This document shows positions 1-13,840 of a DNA stretch of 64,000 bases, piece by piece. A program made the translations under genes and the position numbers. Numbering within the stretch: the first letter of the stretch is position 1; each line of letters begins with the position of its first letter. Source of the stretch: Octopus sinensis (lineage: Eukaryota); the NCBI RefSeq assembly GCF_006345805.1, contig NC_043013.1:8246001-8310000 (forward strand), read 5' to 3'. The notes under the pieces were generated by a model. That model searched no databases, was not told the DNA's origin, and worked only from the letters and a program-made list of their open reading frames with translations.

Positions 1-431
1 GTAGATGTTCAAATAGTCTTTCCTGGTAGCATTTGTCATCATTTCTTTAATTAAATACAAATGATAAACAACTGGTCAATAAAGAATACATTATTTTTTT
101 ATCTGCTGCAATAAATTATTAGTCAGTCATATGGCTGCATTTAGTTATAAATGTCGCATTCTTCTAGTTTATAACCAATATCTTTATGGCAAAATTTGAA
201 GACATGTCTGTCATTGGAGCTTCTGATGGAATGGAATGCCTTACTGTATCTTATTTCTTTATCACCCACAAGGGGCTAAACACAAGAGGGGACAAACTAG
301 GACAGACAAAGGGATTAAGTCGATTACATCGACCCCAGTGTGTAACTGGTCTTAATTTATCAACCCCCAAAAGGATGAAAGGGGTATCTGTTCTGGTTCT
401 GTTCTCTGTACTGGCACTTGGTTATAATGGT

Positions 432-740
432 AAGGGTTCTAGTTGAGCTATCAATGGAACAACCTGCTTATGAAATTAATGTGCAAGTGATTGAGAACTC
501 CATCAACATGCATACCCTTAATGTAGTTCTCAGGGAGATTCAGCGTGACACAGAATGTGACAAAGCTGGCACATTGAAATACAGGTACAATTCATTTTTG
601 GCAGCTGAGTGAACTGGAGCAACGTGAAATGACGTGTCTTGCTCAAGGACACAGTGTATCAATGCATCACTGGGAATTGAACCCATGACCTTGCGATCGT
701 GAGCTGAGTACCCTAATCCCTAAGCCATGCACCCTCACTC
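432..740 (-). mobile_element. tRNA-derived SINE family C (CORE-like centre)
   Basis: Reverse complement of ggtgcatggcttagggattagggt...ggttcaattccc...tgtgtccttgagcaagacac...gctccagttcactcagctg. Relatives at 1901-2225 (+), 11260-11400 (-), 23297-23628 (-), 29424-29568 (+), 54719-54978 (+). Confidence 0.8.
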
Positions 741-1708
741 TATTCTCTGTACACTGAGTTCAGATATGAGTGATGGTTAGTCCACATTCTACAAGGAGCA
801 CACGGTTAGTTTCCAGGTTTCTCTAGCATATATGTATTCCTCGATGGACAGAACACTGATCAGTCACATGATTACTCATTGTTACCAGATGTATTTTACT
901 CTAGAACACAATGCATCGCCATGTACAGGGATCGAAACCACAATCTTATGATCATGAGTCCAATGCCCTAACTGCTAAACCATGCACTTCTGTAAAATAT
1001 GACTGAGGTCGACTTTATAATTCCCAGGACTAATGAATAAAGTACTAGTCAAGTACTGGAGTTGGTTCTTCTCCCCACCTCACTCTCTGTATTTGTCTGT
1101 CTGTCTCTCTCATTATCTCTGTCTCTCTTTCTCTCCAAATTGCCTACATCGTGTTTTGAGAAATGTTATGCTGTGAAGAGACCACTTACAGCATCCCTTA
1201 CTCCAAACATGAAGAAGAGTTTAGTGATGTACCAACAGCCAGATATGGAAAAATTGCTACGTCTCTGGAACCATGCAAAGATAAGCCAATGTGTAGCATG
1301 TCAAGTGAGGGGCACTGTCAGCCAGGTTGTAGACCCTTGGTTAACTTAATGGCTTTTGATTTAGGCACAAGGTCAATCAATAATTTTGAGGGGCAGGTAC
1401 TTTATATTATCGACCCCTAGGGTACCATTAGCAGAGCCTATTGTGCAGCAAGCATTATGACCAGGTGTCCGATTTAAGGAAAACCTCTTTCCTCTCTCTC
1501 CCTGCTACTCTTTCTCTACATTCCGTCCTCTCTCCATCCTTCCCCTCCTCCTTTATTCCCTACCTCTCTCCTATTTCAGAGGGACTTGTAAAGGACTATG
1601 GATACCGTTTTTCCACCTGACTAAAAAAAACAAAATGGTTTGTGACATCCATGCCTTGCTATTTGTAGCAATAACAAGTCAGGATTTTTATGCCTTATTA
1701 TCATTCTT

Positions 1709-1798
<90 letters not shown>

Positions 1799-1816
1799 TT
1801 TATTTTTATTAATATT

Positions 1817-1848
<32 letters not shown>

Positions 1849-2724
1849 TATTATTATTATCATTATTATTATTATCATTATTATTGATGATAATACAAGT
1901 GAGGCCATGTGGTTTAGTGTTTAGAGTATTTGACTCTCAAGTCATAAGGCCATAAGTTCGATTCCCTGTGACACACTGTGTCCTTGAACAAGACACTTCA
2001 CTTCACACTGCTCCAGTTCACTCAGCTGGCAAAAACGAGTGGCACCTATATTTCAAAGAGCCAGCATCGTCACACTCTGCATCTCGCCGAATCTCCCTCA
2101 GAACTAACGTTAAGAGTATGCGTGTCCGTGGAATGCTCAGCCACTTGCATGTTAATTTCACAAGCAAGTTGTTCCGTTAATCAAATCAACCGGAACGCAT
2201 ATTGTCATAACCAACAGATTGCGAGCGAAAAAATAATACAAATCATATTTGCAAAGACTTTGCAAAATAATAAATGAATTAGATACTCTTGACTGAGAAT
2301 TGAACCTTTACCATTCCTATGATTTTTCAGGAGCTTCTTATTTATGCTCTGATACTCACCATAGAAATAACACTTATGTATTTATGTATTTATATATTTC
2401 TTTCAAACACTGCTAGTGTGATATAACTGTTGTTGTCCTGTTTTTTTTTGTTTTGTTATTTTTTTCTTTTCTTTTACATGATTGAGGATAAAGATACGAT
2501 TCGGTATATAGGGATTTCTATTAGGTTTATTATCTCAAAGTTGACCTTTACATGTGGCATTTTTTAAATACTGATCTCTTAATATGAAGGAAGAGGGGAA
2601 AAAATAAAACAACAAAACAACGGAAACTTTTTCTCTTTTGTGGCAAAGGTTTTTGCTTATCAATGAGAATCAACCCTTTTGGCCTTTTCCCAGAAAATTC
2701 CATTCCTATTCCAAAAAAAAAAAA

Positions 2725-2951
2725 ATAATAATAATAATAATAATAATATTGATAATAATAATAACAATATTAACAATAATAATAATAATAATAATAATAA
2801 TAGTAATAATAATAGTAATAATAATTATAATAATAATAATAATAATAATAATATTAATAGTAATAGTAATAATAATAATAATAATAATATAATAATAATA
2901 ATAATAATGATAATAATAATAATAGTAATAATAATAGTAATAATAATAATA

Positions 2952-2995
<44 letters not shown>

Positions 2996-3037
2996 TATAA
3001 TAATAATAATAATAATAATAATATTATAGTAATAGTA

Positions 3038-3073
<36 letters not shown>

Positions 3074-3102
3074 TAATAATAATAATAATAATGATAATAA
3101 TA
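2725..3102. repeat. (AAT)n microsatellite
   Basis: About 380 bp of imperfect AAT. Confidence 0.95.
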
Positions 3103-3965
3103 AAAAAATAAAAAATAAAAAAAAAGTGTGATTAGGAAATCTAAAACGATATTGAATAAAATGTCCTGCCCTGAGAGTCAATGCAAAAAAGCTGGTCTTG
3201 AACTTACTAAGTTGTTTCAATGCTATTTATCCATTCAGATATAACACTTCTGTAGTTGTTCAACTGATAACCTTTCTTTCTATTTCATATTCTATGCATT
3301 ATTTATGGATATTACACGTCCGCGTTTCAATGTGTGGCATTTGTGTATCGTTTGTCGTTGGTTTATGTTGTTGTTGTTGTTGTTGTTGTTGTTGTGTTGT
3401 TGTTGTTGTTGTTGTTGTCATATGACCAGCTTTCGTTTATCTTTTCTTCTTTTACTTGCTTCAGTCATTTGACTGTGGCCATGCTGGGGCACCACCTTAA
3501 AGACTTTTTAGTTGAATAAATCGACCCCCAGTACTTTTTCATTTTTTTTTTTAAAGCCTGGTGCTTATTCTGTTGGTCTCTTTTGCCAAACTGCTAAGTT
3601 ACAGGGATGTAAACATACCTACAGAATGAGCTTAGAAAATAATGCGTGCTTTGTAGAGCCTTTTAGAGAGTAGCAGAGGAAATAGTGGGAGTTAAGCTAA
3701 AAGAACTGGGATGGAGATACTTATACTTAGAAGACTTTATGTAGCATAAAAAATATACAAAAAGTACAAGTCTAAATTGCCAAGAGCAGATATCTTCACT
3801 TAGATGGGTTGCAGTGTCTGCACACACAGCAGGAGTATTAGGTGCAAACAAACACCCCTACACGAAGTCTTGATATTCAATATCCAAGTAATATTGTTGA
3901 AGTGTGCTAACTACACCAAAGTTGCAAGGCACCTCAGTTTAAGCACCTAATTCAACTGAATCTTA

Positions 3966-4002
<37 letters not shown>

Positions 4003-4004
<2 letters not shown>

Positions 4005-4407
4005 CGCAGGAGTGGCTGTGTGGTAAGTAGCTTGTTTACCAACCACATGGTTCCGGGTTCAGTCCCATTGCGTGGCACCTTGGGCAAGTGTCTTCTACTA
4101 TAGTCTCGGGCCGACCAAAGCCTTGTGAGTGGATTTGGTAGACGGAAACTGAAAGAAGCCCGTCGTATATATGTATATATATATATATATGCGCGTGTGT
4201 GTTTGTGTGTCTGTGTTTGTCCCCCTAGCATTGCTTGACAACCGATGCTGGTGTGTTTATGTCCCCGTTACTTAGCGGTTCAGCAAAAAGAGGCCGATAG
4301 AATAAGTACTGGGCTTACAAAAAGAATAAGTCCTGGGGGTCGAGTTGCTCGATTAAAGGCGGTGCTCCAGCATGGCCGCAATCAAATGACTGAAACAAGT
4401 AAAAGAG
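4003..4407 (+). mobile_element. tRNA-derived SINE family A, full length
   Basis: Head ggcgcaggagtggctgtgtggtaag...gggttcagtccc (A/B boxes), ggcaccttgggcaagtgtc, internal (TA)n(TG)n, tail gaaacaagtaaaagag. More than 20 copies in the window. Confidence 0.9.
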
Positions 4408-4420
4408 TATATATATATAG

Positions 4421-4867
4421 AATATAAATTAGAGATAAAACCTCTATTATGCAACTCAAACAGTGATAGACATAAACCAATACATCAATATCAAATAATA
4501 AATTTTTTCATAAAACATATAACTTATAACTAGATCTCAAAAGTATAAAATGAATGATAAATATATAATATAATAAGTAAAAACACTACCTACGTTTCAT
4601 GGCTACAATTAAATTTGAATTACAATTATATGATATATTTATTATATATTTATCATTCATTTTATACTTTTTGAGATCTAGTTATAAGTTATATGTTTTA
4701 TAAAAATATGTATTATTTGTTATTTATGTATTGGTTTATATCTATCACTGTTTGAGTTGCATAATAGTGGTTTTATCTCTAATTTATATTTTATATATTT
4801 ATACTGTGAAATTTGATTTAATACTAAATTGAATTTTTCCCTGTAAGTTTGGAGTTATACTCCCTAA

Positions 4868-4870
<3 letters not shown>
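4421..4870 (+). mobile_element. Fold-back element in (TA)n, probable non-autonomous Penelope derivative
   Basis: Arms of about 150 bp (4421-4570 vs 4640-4790). Spacer carries GAAACGTA on the minus strand (4591-4598). The extra 3' tail 4791-4870 is homologous to the reverse complement of 61425-61503. Confidence 0.7.
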
Positions 4871-4910
<40 letters not shown>

Positions 4911-4911
<1 letters not shown>

Positions 4912-5172
4912 GAATAAACAGTAAATAAGTAACAAGGGTGTCCAGGTATCAGTGCATTACGGCCATTTAATCAATCAATGCAAACATTACATGAAATGTT
5001 TGCATTGACCAATTAAATGGTGCTGCTTGAAACGACCGTAATGCACCGATACCTGGACATCCTTGTTACTTATTTACTTTTTATTCACCTAACATTGAAG
5101 TGTGTGGACAATACTGAATAGAATGGGCGCCTCAACGTAAGTACTTAATTCAAATGAATCTTACTTATTTCT
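4911..5172 (+). mobile_element. Fold-back element in (TA)n
   Basis: Inverted arms 4911-4988 vs 4994-5087, with an unpaired tail of about 85 nt on the right; contains gaaacgaccgtaatgca. Confidence 0.6.
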
Positions 5173-5220
5173 ATATATACGAATATATATATATACATAT
5201 ATATACATATATATATATAC

Positions 5221-5265
<45 letters not shown>

Positions 5266-5345
5266 CACACACATATACATACATACTTATATATGTATGT
5301 ATACATATATATGAATGTGTGTGTGTGTGTGCATATGTGTATATA

Positions 5346-5409
<64 letters not shown>

Positions 5410-5896
5410 GTTTTAAGTCTGGTACTACTTCTATTGGTCTCTTTTATCAAACGTCTAAGTCATGGGGTTGTAAACAAACCAACACTATTTGCCAGGTGGT
5501 GGTAGAGGACAAACACAAACACACTTCAGCCTTGTAACCACACATGTGCTTTCCTTGGACTGTTCTGTTCCTCCTCTCTGGACCTTTCCTCTTTCCTTCA
5601 AAGTTCCATGCTTGAATGGTCTTTTTGCCATATTAAACTGAGGGTCAACCTAATACAATCACTGTGTATAAGGGTTCCTTATACATGTTAAAATATGGTA
5701 TATCATCATCATGATCATGATCATCATCATCGTTTGATGTCCACCTTCCATGCTGGTATGGGTTGGACAGTTTGGAAGGAGCTGGCCAGGTATGAGACTG
5801 CACCAGACTTCTGTGTCTGTTTTGGCATGATCTTTACAGCTGGATGCCTTCCCTAGTATCAACCATCTAGCAGGGTGGACGGTATATGCGGTATAT

Positions 5897-6128
5897 GCGG
5901 CGAGCTGGCAGAAACGTTAGCACGCCGGGCGAAATGCTTAGCGGTATTTCGCCTGCCGCTACGTTCTGAGTTCAAATTCCGCCGAGGTCGACTTTGCCTT
6001 TCATCCTTTCGGGGTCGATTAAATAAGTACCAGTTACGCACTGGGGTCGATGTAATCGACTTAATACCTATGTCTGTCCTTGTTTGTCCCCTCTGTGTTT
6101 AGCCCCTTGTGGGTAGTAAAGAAATAGG
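5897..6128 (+). mobile_element. tRNA-derived SINE family B (central domain resembles Meta-SINE), full length
   Basis: gcggcgagctggcagaaacgttagc...gagttcaaattcc (B box)...gactttgcctttcatcctttcggggtcga...aagtaccag; flanked by ggtatatg direct repeats. Confidence 0.88.
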
Positions 6129-6934
6129 TATATGTATACATACACACATGCACATATATATGCATATTTATGTGGGTGCGTGTGTGTGAAAGCGGTGAGC
6201 TGGCAGAAACGTTAGCACACCAGGCAAAATGCTTTGCGGTATTTCATCTGTCTTTATGTTCTGAGTTCAAATTCCGCCGAGGTTGACTTTGCCTTTCATC
6301 CTTTTGGGGTCAATAAATTAAGTACTGGTTGGATACTGGGGTTGATCTAATCAACTGGCCCCGCCTCCTCAAAAATTTTCGGCTTTATGCCTAGAGTAGA
6401 AAAGTATATATATGAGTGTGTGTGTCTGTGTTTGTTCTGTATCACCACTTAACAACCAGTGTCAGTTTGTTTACATCCCCTCCAGCAAAAGAGACTGAAA
6501 TAATGAAGTACCAGACCCTAAAAAAAAATAATTACTAGGGGGTCAATTTTATCGACTAAACCCTTCAAGCCAGTGCCCCAGAATGGCTGCAGTTCAATTA
6601 TAGAAACAAGTGAAAGAAAATAGACATAAAGAAAAAAGAAAAAACAATAGCAAAAAAAAATCCATCTTTCATGCGAGAATGCTGCTGTTTAAGCCTTTTT
6701 ATCAACCTCATCAGAGATGGAAGGCTAAGTGTCAACCTTGGAAAGATTTGAAATTATAACTGGGCAATTATCCAGTGCAGTGTTTTATTTAGCATTAAGC
6801 TCCGCAATAACTGTCCCGCCCTAAACAACAGCAACAACAGACGTCGATGGCATGAATTTTTGCATAACTGTATGATGACTGCTTGATTGAAAAAAAAAAC
6901 CTATCATGGTCTTGTGAATTCATTTGCATTACTG

Positions 6935-7300
6935 CTACCACCACCACCACCACTACCACCACCACCACCACTACCACCACCACCACCACTACCACCAAAC
7001 CCACTACTGCTGCTGCTGCTGCTGCTGCTGGTGTTGTTAGAGTTAGACATGACTTCGACAAAGTCTCCTGTAGTAGTAGTAGTAGTGGTGGTGGTGGTGG
7101 TGGTGGTGGTGGTGATGATGATGGTGGGGATGAGGGTGGTGGTGGTAGTAGTAGTAGTAGTGGTGGTGGTGGTAGTAGTGGTGGTGGTGGTAGTAGAAGT
7201 AGTAGCAGTAGCAGCAGCAGTAGTAGTAGTAGTAGTAGTAGCAGTAGTGGTGGTGGTGGTGGTTGTAGTAGTAGTAGTAGCAGCAGCAGCAGCAGCAGTT
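6935..7300. repeat. Compound trinucleotide microsatellite (ACC/GCT/AGT/GGT/AGC)
   Basis: Direct reading. Confidence 0.95.
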
Positions 7301-7387
7301 GTGTATTTGTGGTTGTAGGCTTTAGGGAAATTCTGGTGAGTTGAAAATTCAACAGTGTTTTGGTTACAGTTCAACATATGAAATACT

Positions 7388-7619
7388 ATTTCTTTATTGC
7401 CCACAAGGGGCTAAACATAGAGGGGACAAACAAAGATAGACAAAGGGATTAAGTCAATTACATCGACCCCAGTGCATAACTGGTACTTAATTTATCGACC
7501 CCGTAAGGATGAAAGGCAAAGTCGACCTCGGTGGAATTTGAACTCAGAATGTAACGGCAGACGAAATACTGCTAAGCATTTCGCCTGGTGTGCTAATGTT
7601 TCTGCCAGCTCACCGCCTT
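7388..7619 (-). mobile_element. SINE family B, full length with TSD
   Basis: TSD ttcaacatatgaaa on both sides. Confidence 0.9.
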
Positions 7620-8221
7620 CAACATATGAAACACATTGACTTCAGTTATGCTACCCCTGTCCTTGTGAAAGGGATGACTGTTGCATAATCTCATTATTTT
7701 TTTGTTTAAGAGTAAAATTATGCCTAAGTTATAAATCAATATTAACTGTAATTGCAGCACAGGCCTGGCTGTGTGGTTAAGAAGCTTGTTTTGCAGTTGC
7801 CTGCTTTTTGGTTCAATCCCATTGCATGGGACCTCAGGCAGGTGTATTCCACAGCCTCAGGTCAACCAATGCCTTGTGAGTGTGGAAACTGTGTGGAAGC
7901 CCATATATATGTGCTTGTGTGTTTCTCTCCCAAACTCTGCTTGACAACTGATGTTGGTTTGTTTACACCCCTGTAACTTAGTGGTTCGACAAAAGAGGCT
8001 GATAGAATAAGTAACCAGCTCAAAAATAACTACAGTGGCCCAGCATGGTTGCAGTTCAATAACTTTGAACAGGTAAAAGGTAAAAAAAATAATGAAGTGA
8101 AATGTCTGCATTCTGATGGTAAACACCTGAGACAACACTGGTGCTAGTCTGTATTATCTGCATTTACCGTTTCCTTGGAGAGCATCAATGGGTGAGAGAG
8201 GGTTACTTACTTGCATGTGAG

Positions 8222-8600
8222 TGGAGGCGCAATGGCCCAGTGGTTAGAGCAGTGGTTAGAGCAGCGGACTCGCGGTTTCAATTCCCAAACCGGGCATTGT
8301 GAGTGTTTATTGAGCGAAAAGACCTAAAGCTCCATGAGGCTCCGGCAGGGGATGGTGATCCCGGCTGTACTCTTTCACCACAACTTTCTCTCACTCTTAC
8401 TTCCTGTTTCTGTTGTACCTGTGTTTCAAAGGGCCGGCCTTGTCACTCTCTGTGTCATGCTGAATATCCCCGAGAACTACGTTAAGGGTACACGTGTCTG
8501 TGGAGTGCTCAGCCACTTACACGTTAATTTCACGAGCAGGCTGTTCCGTTGATCGGATCAACCGGAACCCTCGTCGTCGTAACCGATGGAGTGCTTCCAA
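8222..8600 (+). mobile_element. tRNA-derived SINE sharing its 3' part with family C
   Basis: Head ggaggcgcaatggcccagtggttagagc; 3' gctcagccacttacacgttaatttcacgagcagg is shared with 2130-2220 and 432-520. Confidence 0.8.
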
Positions 8601-9207
8601 CAACTTGCATGTGGAACAACTGCAAGGGTATTACTTTATTTTAATATGCTTGTAAGAATCTAGTATCTACAGGAGAAGATCTGTAGACATTTCCATACCA
8701 GTTCTAAACATTCTGAAGAATCCTGAAGAATAAAATGCAACCTACTCTTCGAGACATTTGAAATAAGTTGCTTTAAGAAAATGGCTGATTCAGTCTCTAT
8801 GAAGCCATCTTTTTTTGTTCCTTATGTCTTTTTTTCTCTCTATCTGTCTCTTACACAATTCACAAATATCGTGTTTGTCTCCAAAAAGCTTAACCATTTA
8901 TTACCCTTTTTTGCATTCCTCTCCTTCAATGTTGCGTATTTTTTACGAATATTAATATCTTCCGATCCGATAGTCAAACAGTTATTTCATGCCAGTTGCA
9001 GTTCTCTCTGACGCTGATCCAAGACAGTCTTCTATGCCATGTCCCTATAAAAAAAAACGAGTTTTTGTTGTTATTGTTGGAAAGAAAATGTCAAAGCTTC
9101 CCGTTCAACATATTTCGTGTCACAAACATTAAAAGCTGACTATGACCAGCTTGTATGTAGCTTCCATATGAAAGCTGGTTCTGTTGCTGTTGTTGTTGCT
9201 GTTGTTT

Positions 9208-9325
9208 GTTCCGGGTTCAGTCCCACTTCGTGGCACCTTGGGCAAGTGTCTTCTGCTATAGCCCCGGGCCGACCAATGCCTTGTGAGTGGATTTGGTAGA
9301 CGGAAACTGAAAGAAGCCTGTCGTA

Positions 9326-9374
<49 letters not shown>

Positions 9375-9604
9375 ATATGTTTGTGTGTATATGTTTGTGT
9401 GTCTGTGTTTGTCCCCCTAGCATTGCTTGACAACTGATGCTGGTGTGTTTACGTCCCCGTCACTTAGCGGTTCGGCAAAAGAGACCGATAGAATAAGTAC
9501 TTGGCTTACAAAAGAATAAGTCCTGGGGTCGATTTGCTCGACTAAAGGCGGTGCTCCAGCATGGCCGCAGTCAAATGACTGAAACAAGTAAAAGAGTAAA
9601 AGAG
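9208..9604 (+). mobile_element. SINE family A (5'-truncated)
   Basis: High identity to 4003-4407. Confidence 0.9.
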
Positions 9605-9619
9605 TATATCTTTCATCTT

Positions 9620-10027
9620 TTATTTTTTACTTGTTTCAGTCATTTAGACTGGGGCCATGCTGGAGTGCTGCCTTGAAGGGTTTTAGTCAAACAGACTGAC
9701 CCCAGAAATTTATTATGTTTTTGAAGCCTACTGCTCATTCTGTCAGTCTGTTTTGCTGAACCACTAAGTTACAAGGATGTAAACACACCACCACCAGTTG
9801 TCAAGCAGTTGTGGGGGACAAACATGGACACAGAGAATACACACACACACATAGGTATATATACATACATACATACATACATGTATATGATGGGCTTCTT
9901 CCAGTTTCCACTCATAAGGCTTTGTTGGCCTGAGGCTATAGTAGAAGACGTTTGCCCAAGGTGTCACACAGTGAGACTGAACCCGGAACCATGTGGTTGA
10001 GAAGCAAGCTTCTTACCATACAGCCAT
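9620..10027 (-). mobile_element. SINE family A, older copy, tail-to-tail with 9208-9604
   Basis: Reverse complement of the family A head and tail. Confidence 0.85.
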
Positions 10028-10329
10028 GATGATGATCATCATGATGATCATGATGATGATAGGCCTAGGTATGGGTATATGGATAGGAAGCTCACTTTTG
10101 AAATTACATGGTTTCAGGTTCAATTCCACAGCATGACATCTTGAGCAAGTGTCTTCTACAATAGCCTCAGGTCAACCAAAGCCTTGTGAGTGGATTTGGT
10201 TAACAGAAACTATGTGGAAGTCATGGTTTCAGGTTCAATACCACACAGTCTTGTGAGTAGTTAATCATCTTAATACATATCTTTGAGAATGTTTGTTTGT
10301 TGTTATTGTTCTTTCAACCTGATCTTGAG

Positions 10330-10990
10330 TGGTTGATTGGCCAAACTGCTTAAGCATTGGGCAAAATGCCATGTGCTGTTTAGTTACATATTTGTACATC
10401 CTGAGTTCAGATTCCATCAGGTTCAACAATGTTTCTTATCTTTCCAAAGTTGGTAAAATAAGTACCAAACTTTATAGTTTTTACTCACAAGTATGACTTG
10501 GTAGTATGTAAATACCATGTGGTGTTTAGTTACATATCAGTATGTTCTGAGTTCAAATTCCATCCAGATCAACCTTGCCTCTTATCTTTCCAATGTTGTG
10601 AAATAAGTACAAAACTTTGTAAATTCATATAAAAAAATTTACCATAGCTTTCACTCACAAGCATGACTTGGTAGTATATAAATATCATGTGGGTTTTAGT
10701 TACAGATCTGTACATTCTGAGTTCAAATTTCATCAGGTCCAACTTTGCTTCTTATTTTCCCAAAGTCAGTAAAATTAATATCAAAATTTGTAGACTCACA
10801 AAAACATAAATAACCATAGCATGACTTGGTAGTATGTAAACACCATGTGGTATTTAGTTATATATCAGTACATTCTGAGTTCAAAGTTATATATCAGTAC
10901 ATTCTGAGTTCAAACTCTACCAGGATCGACTTTGCCTCTTATCCTTCCACTGTCAGTAAAATAACTACCAAAATTTCTGGACTCATTAAA
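10330..10990 (+). repeat. Tandem array of 4 units (146-170 bp) derived from SINE family B
   Basis: ccatgtg...tttagttacatat...ttctgagttcaaatt...aaaataagtacca restarts at 10369, 10515, 10685 and 10843. Confidence 0.85.
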
Positions 10991-11448
10991 AAAAAATAAT
11001 TAAAAAAAATTATTCCAGCGGTGGTGCCCCAGCATGGCTGCAGCCTTCGAGCTAAAGCATTTTTAAGGATTTAAGGATTTAAGTTATCTCTTACAAACAT
11101 GACTTGATAGCATGTACTGTGCCTTTTGCTAAGTATTTTAGGTACCTTTATAGTTACAAGCACACACAGGGTCCCTCTCAGCCCTTCCAACAGGACAGGA
11201 GCATGAAGAGTGTGACAGTTGGAGGGAGCAAGGATTGCAGCAGTGCTAGGCTGGTATTTACTTTCAACTGAATAGACTGAAGGAGCAATGTGGAATGTTG
11301 TACCTTGCTCATGGACACAGCATGATGCCCAGTCCAAGAATTGAACCGATAACTTTATGATCATGAGCCCAACACCTTAATCCTTTGTAGACCATGTGCT
11401 CTTGTACTGTAACCTCACACCCATGTTGTAAATCAGTATAATTCACAT

Positions 11449-11613
11449 AGGTGCAGACATGGCTGTGTGGTAAGAAGTTTGCTTCCCAACCACATGGTTC
11501 TGGGTTCAGTCCCACTGTGTGGTACCTTGGGCAAGTAAGTATTTTCTAGTATAGCCTCGAGTCAACCAAAGTCTTGTGAGTGAATTTGGTTGATGAAAAC
11601 TGAAAGAAGCCCA

Positions 11614-11663
<50 letters not shown>

Positions 11664-11900
11664 TTGTGTCTTTGCTTTGACATTGTGTGATAGTTGTGAG
11701 TGTCATCATCATGTCCTTCATGTGGTGTCCTTCATGTTTGGTATTCTGCAAAAACATGCCTGGTCATGGGGAAATATTAACTTACTTGGAAACAGGTGAA
11801 GGTTGGTAACAGGAGGGGCATCTGGCCATGGAATATCTTGTCTCAGCAAATTTCATCTGACCCACATGAGCATGGTAATGATATGGACGTTAAAACAATG
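11449..11900 (+). mobile_element. SINE with family A head and RTE-like 3' tail
   Basis: Family A head, (TG)n, then ggttggtaacaggaggggcatctggcc...ggacgttaaaacaatg. Same architecture at 53451-54140; related 3' half at 22250-22490 (-). Confidence 0.75.
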
Positions 11901-12401
11901 CCAAGAATGATGATCTCTAAACAGTAAATTATCCAGTACGTGGTCATTAGGCACAACTGTGTGGATGCTGATGATTTGGCGTAACTGATTGGAGATTCAA
12001 CCTCTTTTGGCAACAGTAAATCTTGGAACTGGAGATGTGTGCTTGCACACATACACACATACACACACACACACAATGCATGCATGCAAAAATATATACA
12101 TATAGATACAGAGAATGAGAAGGCAAGAATGAAGGAAATATTAACACTTTAACATTTAAAGCAACCTTATCCTGTCAGAATATTTTACTTGCTTTAAGTT
12201 CAAACCAGCTAGATCCAGCTTCTCACTCCTACCCTACAATGTCATTCTAGAAATAAACGATCACATCATAAAAATCTCAAGGCTATGAGATAATACATGA
12301 TCAATTCAAAGCAATGGGGATAGATAAGCATTACGTTTGACAGAGTAATCAGAATGCTATGGGATTAAAACGGTTTGACGTCAAATAAGCCAACAATGAA
12401 A

Positions 12402-12842
12402 CATCATCATCATCATCGTTTAACGTCCGCTTTCCATGCTAGCATGGGTTGGACGATTTGACTGAGTACTGGCGAACCAGACGGCTGCACCAGTCTCCAA
12501 TCTTGATTTGGCGGAGTTTCTGCAGCTGGATGCCCTTCCTAACGCCAACCACTCCGAGAGTGTAGTGGGTGCTTTTACATGCCACCGTCACAAGGGTCAG
12601 TCAGGCGGTACTGGCAACGGTCACGGAAAATTGTGTTTTTTTTTTTTTTACGTGTCACCTGCACAAGCACCAGTAAGGCAACGCTGGTAACGATCACGCT
12701 CGAATGGTACTTTCCACAGTTAGCCGCTCTGGCAATGATCACGCTCGGATGGTGCTTTTAGTGTTCCACTAGCACAGATGCCAGTCATCGAATTTTATTT
12801 CGATTCTGATTTCACTTGCCTCAACAGGTCTTCGCAAGCAGT
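12402..12842 (-). mobile_element. RTE LINE 3' UTR/tail copy
   Basis: (CAT)n + cgtttaacgtccgctttccatgctagcatgggttggacg...ggatgcccttcctaacgccaaccactcc. Shorter copies at about 5720-5880, 14316-14505, 17313-17412, 17708-17850, 47530-47770, 47874-48130, 50813-50962 (-) and 37662-37745, 46977-47240, 62347-62495 (+). Confidence 0.85.
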
Positions 12843-13517
12843 ATCCAGATGTTGCTAAATGGACAACACCAAAACACTTGTGCCAAAATGTCTCATGCCT
12901 GCAATTATCTATCATTGAGCAACAGTACAAACAAACTGTCCAACAATGACCGAACGAGCTGTGTTATCAAAATACTAATTTTAAGTTGAAGAAATATATT
13001 CCTTTAAAATTTGACATTTCTTACATAGAATTAACTTAATGTTGGTTTCTTCCCTGTGAACTGTTTCAAATTAATTTAATTTCAGAGCTACTCTTGTAGT
13101 TTCTTGAATATATTTACCAAATCATTTACAATAAACAAATGTTTTATTTCAATGATTAAATATTTTTTTTCCTTCATTTTGCATTTTATTTTTTCATTCT
13201 GATGTGGGTCAAACCAATATGTAAATTCGGGATTTTAACGAGATTTTACTAATGATTAATGGAAATGGAATTTGTGTTTATTTTCGTCTTGGTAGTCTGA
13301 GGAAAGACATGGTTCAGTTCCTACTCTTTTACTCTTTTAATTGTTTCAGTCTTTGGACTGTGACCATGCTGGAGCACTGCTTTTGGAGTTAATCAAACAA
13401 ATTGACTCCAAATCTAATACTTATTCTATCAATCCTCGTTGTCAAACTACTAAGTTATAGGAATGTAAACAAACCAACACTGATTATCAGGTAGTGGGGA
13501 GATGACAAACACAAAGA

Positions 13518-13840
13518 CATACATACATACATACATACATACATACATACACACACACATACACACACACACTCACATACATACATGCATACATACATAC
13601 ATACATACACACATACATACACACACACACATACACACACACACTCACATACATACATACATACATATATACATACATACATACATACACACATACACAC
13701 ACACACACTCACATACATACATACATACATACATACATACATACACACATATACACACACACTCACATACACATACATACATACATACATACATACACAC
13801 ATACACACACACACTCACATACATACTTACATACATACAT
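13518..13840. repeat. (CATA)n/(CA)n compound microsatellite with higher-order periodicity
   Basis: Recurring (CATA)n-cacacatacacacacacactca blocks. Confidence 0.9.

Noticed and set aside
3625-3945. Possible decayed LINE 3' ORF
   Set aside because: Resemblance too weak to assign by eye.
10330-10990. CRISPR-like array (also 28880-29172 and 31364-31690)
   Set aside because: Eukaryotic context, degenerate units, no unique equal-length spacers, no cas genes.
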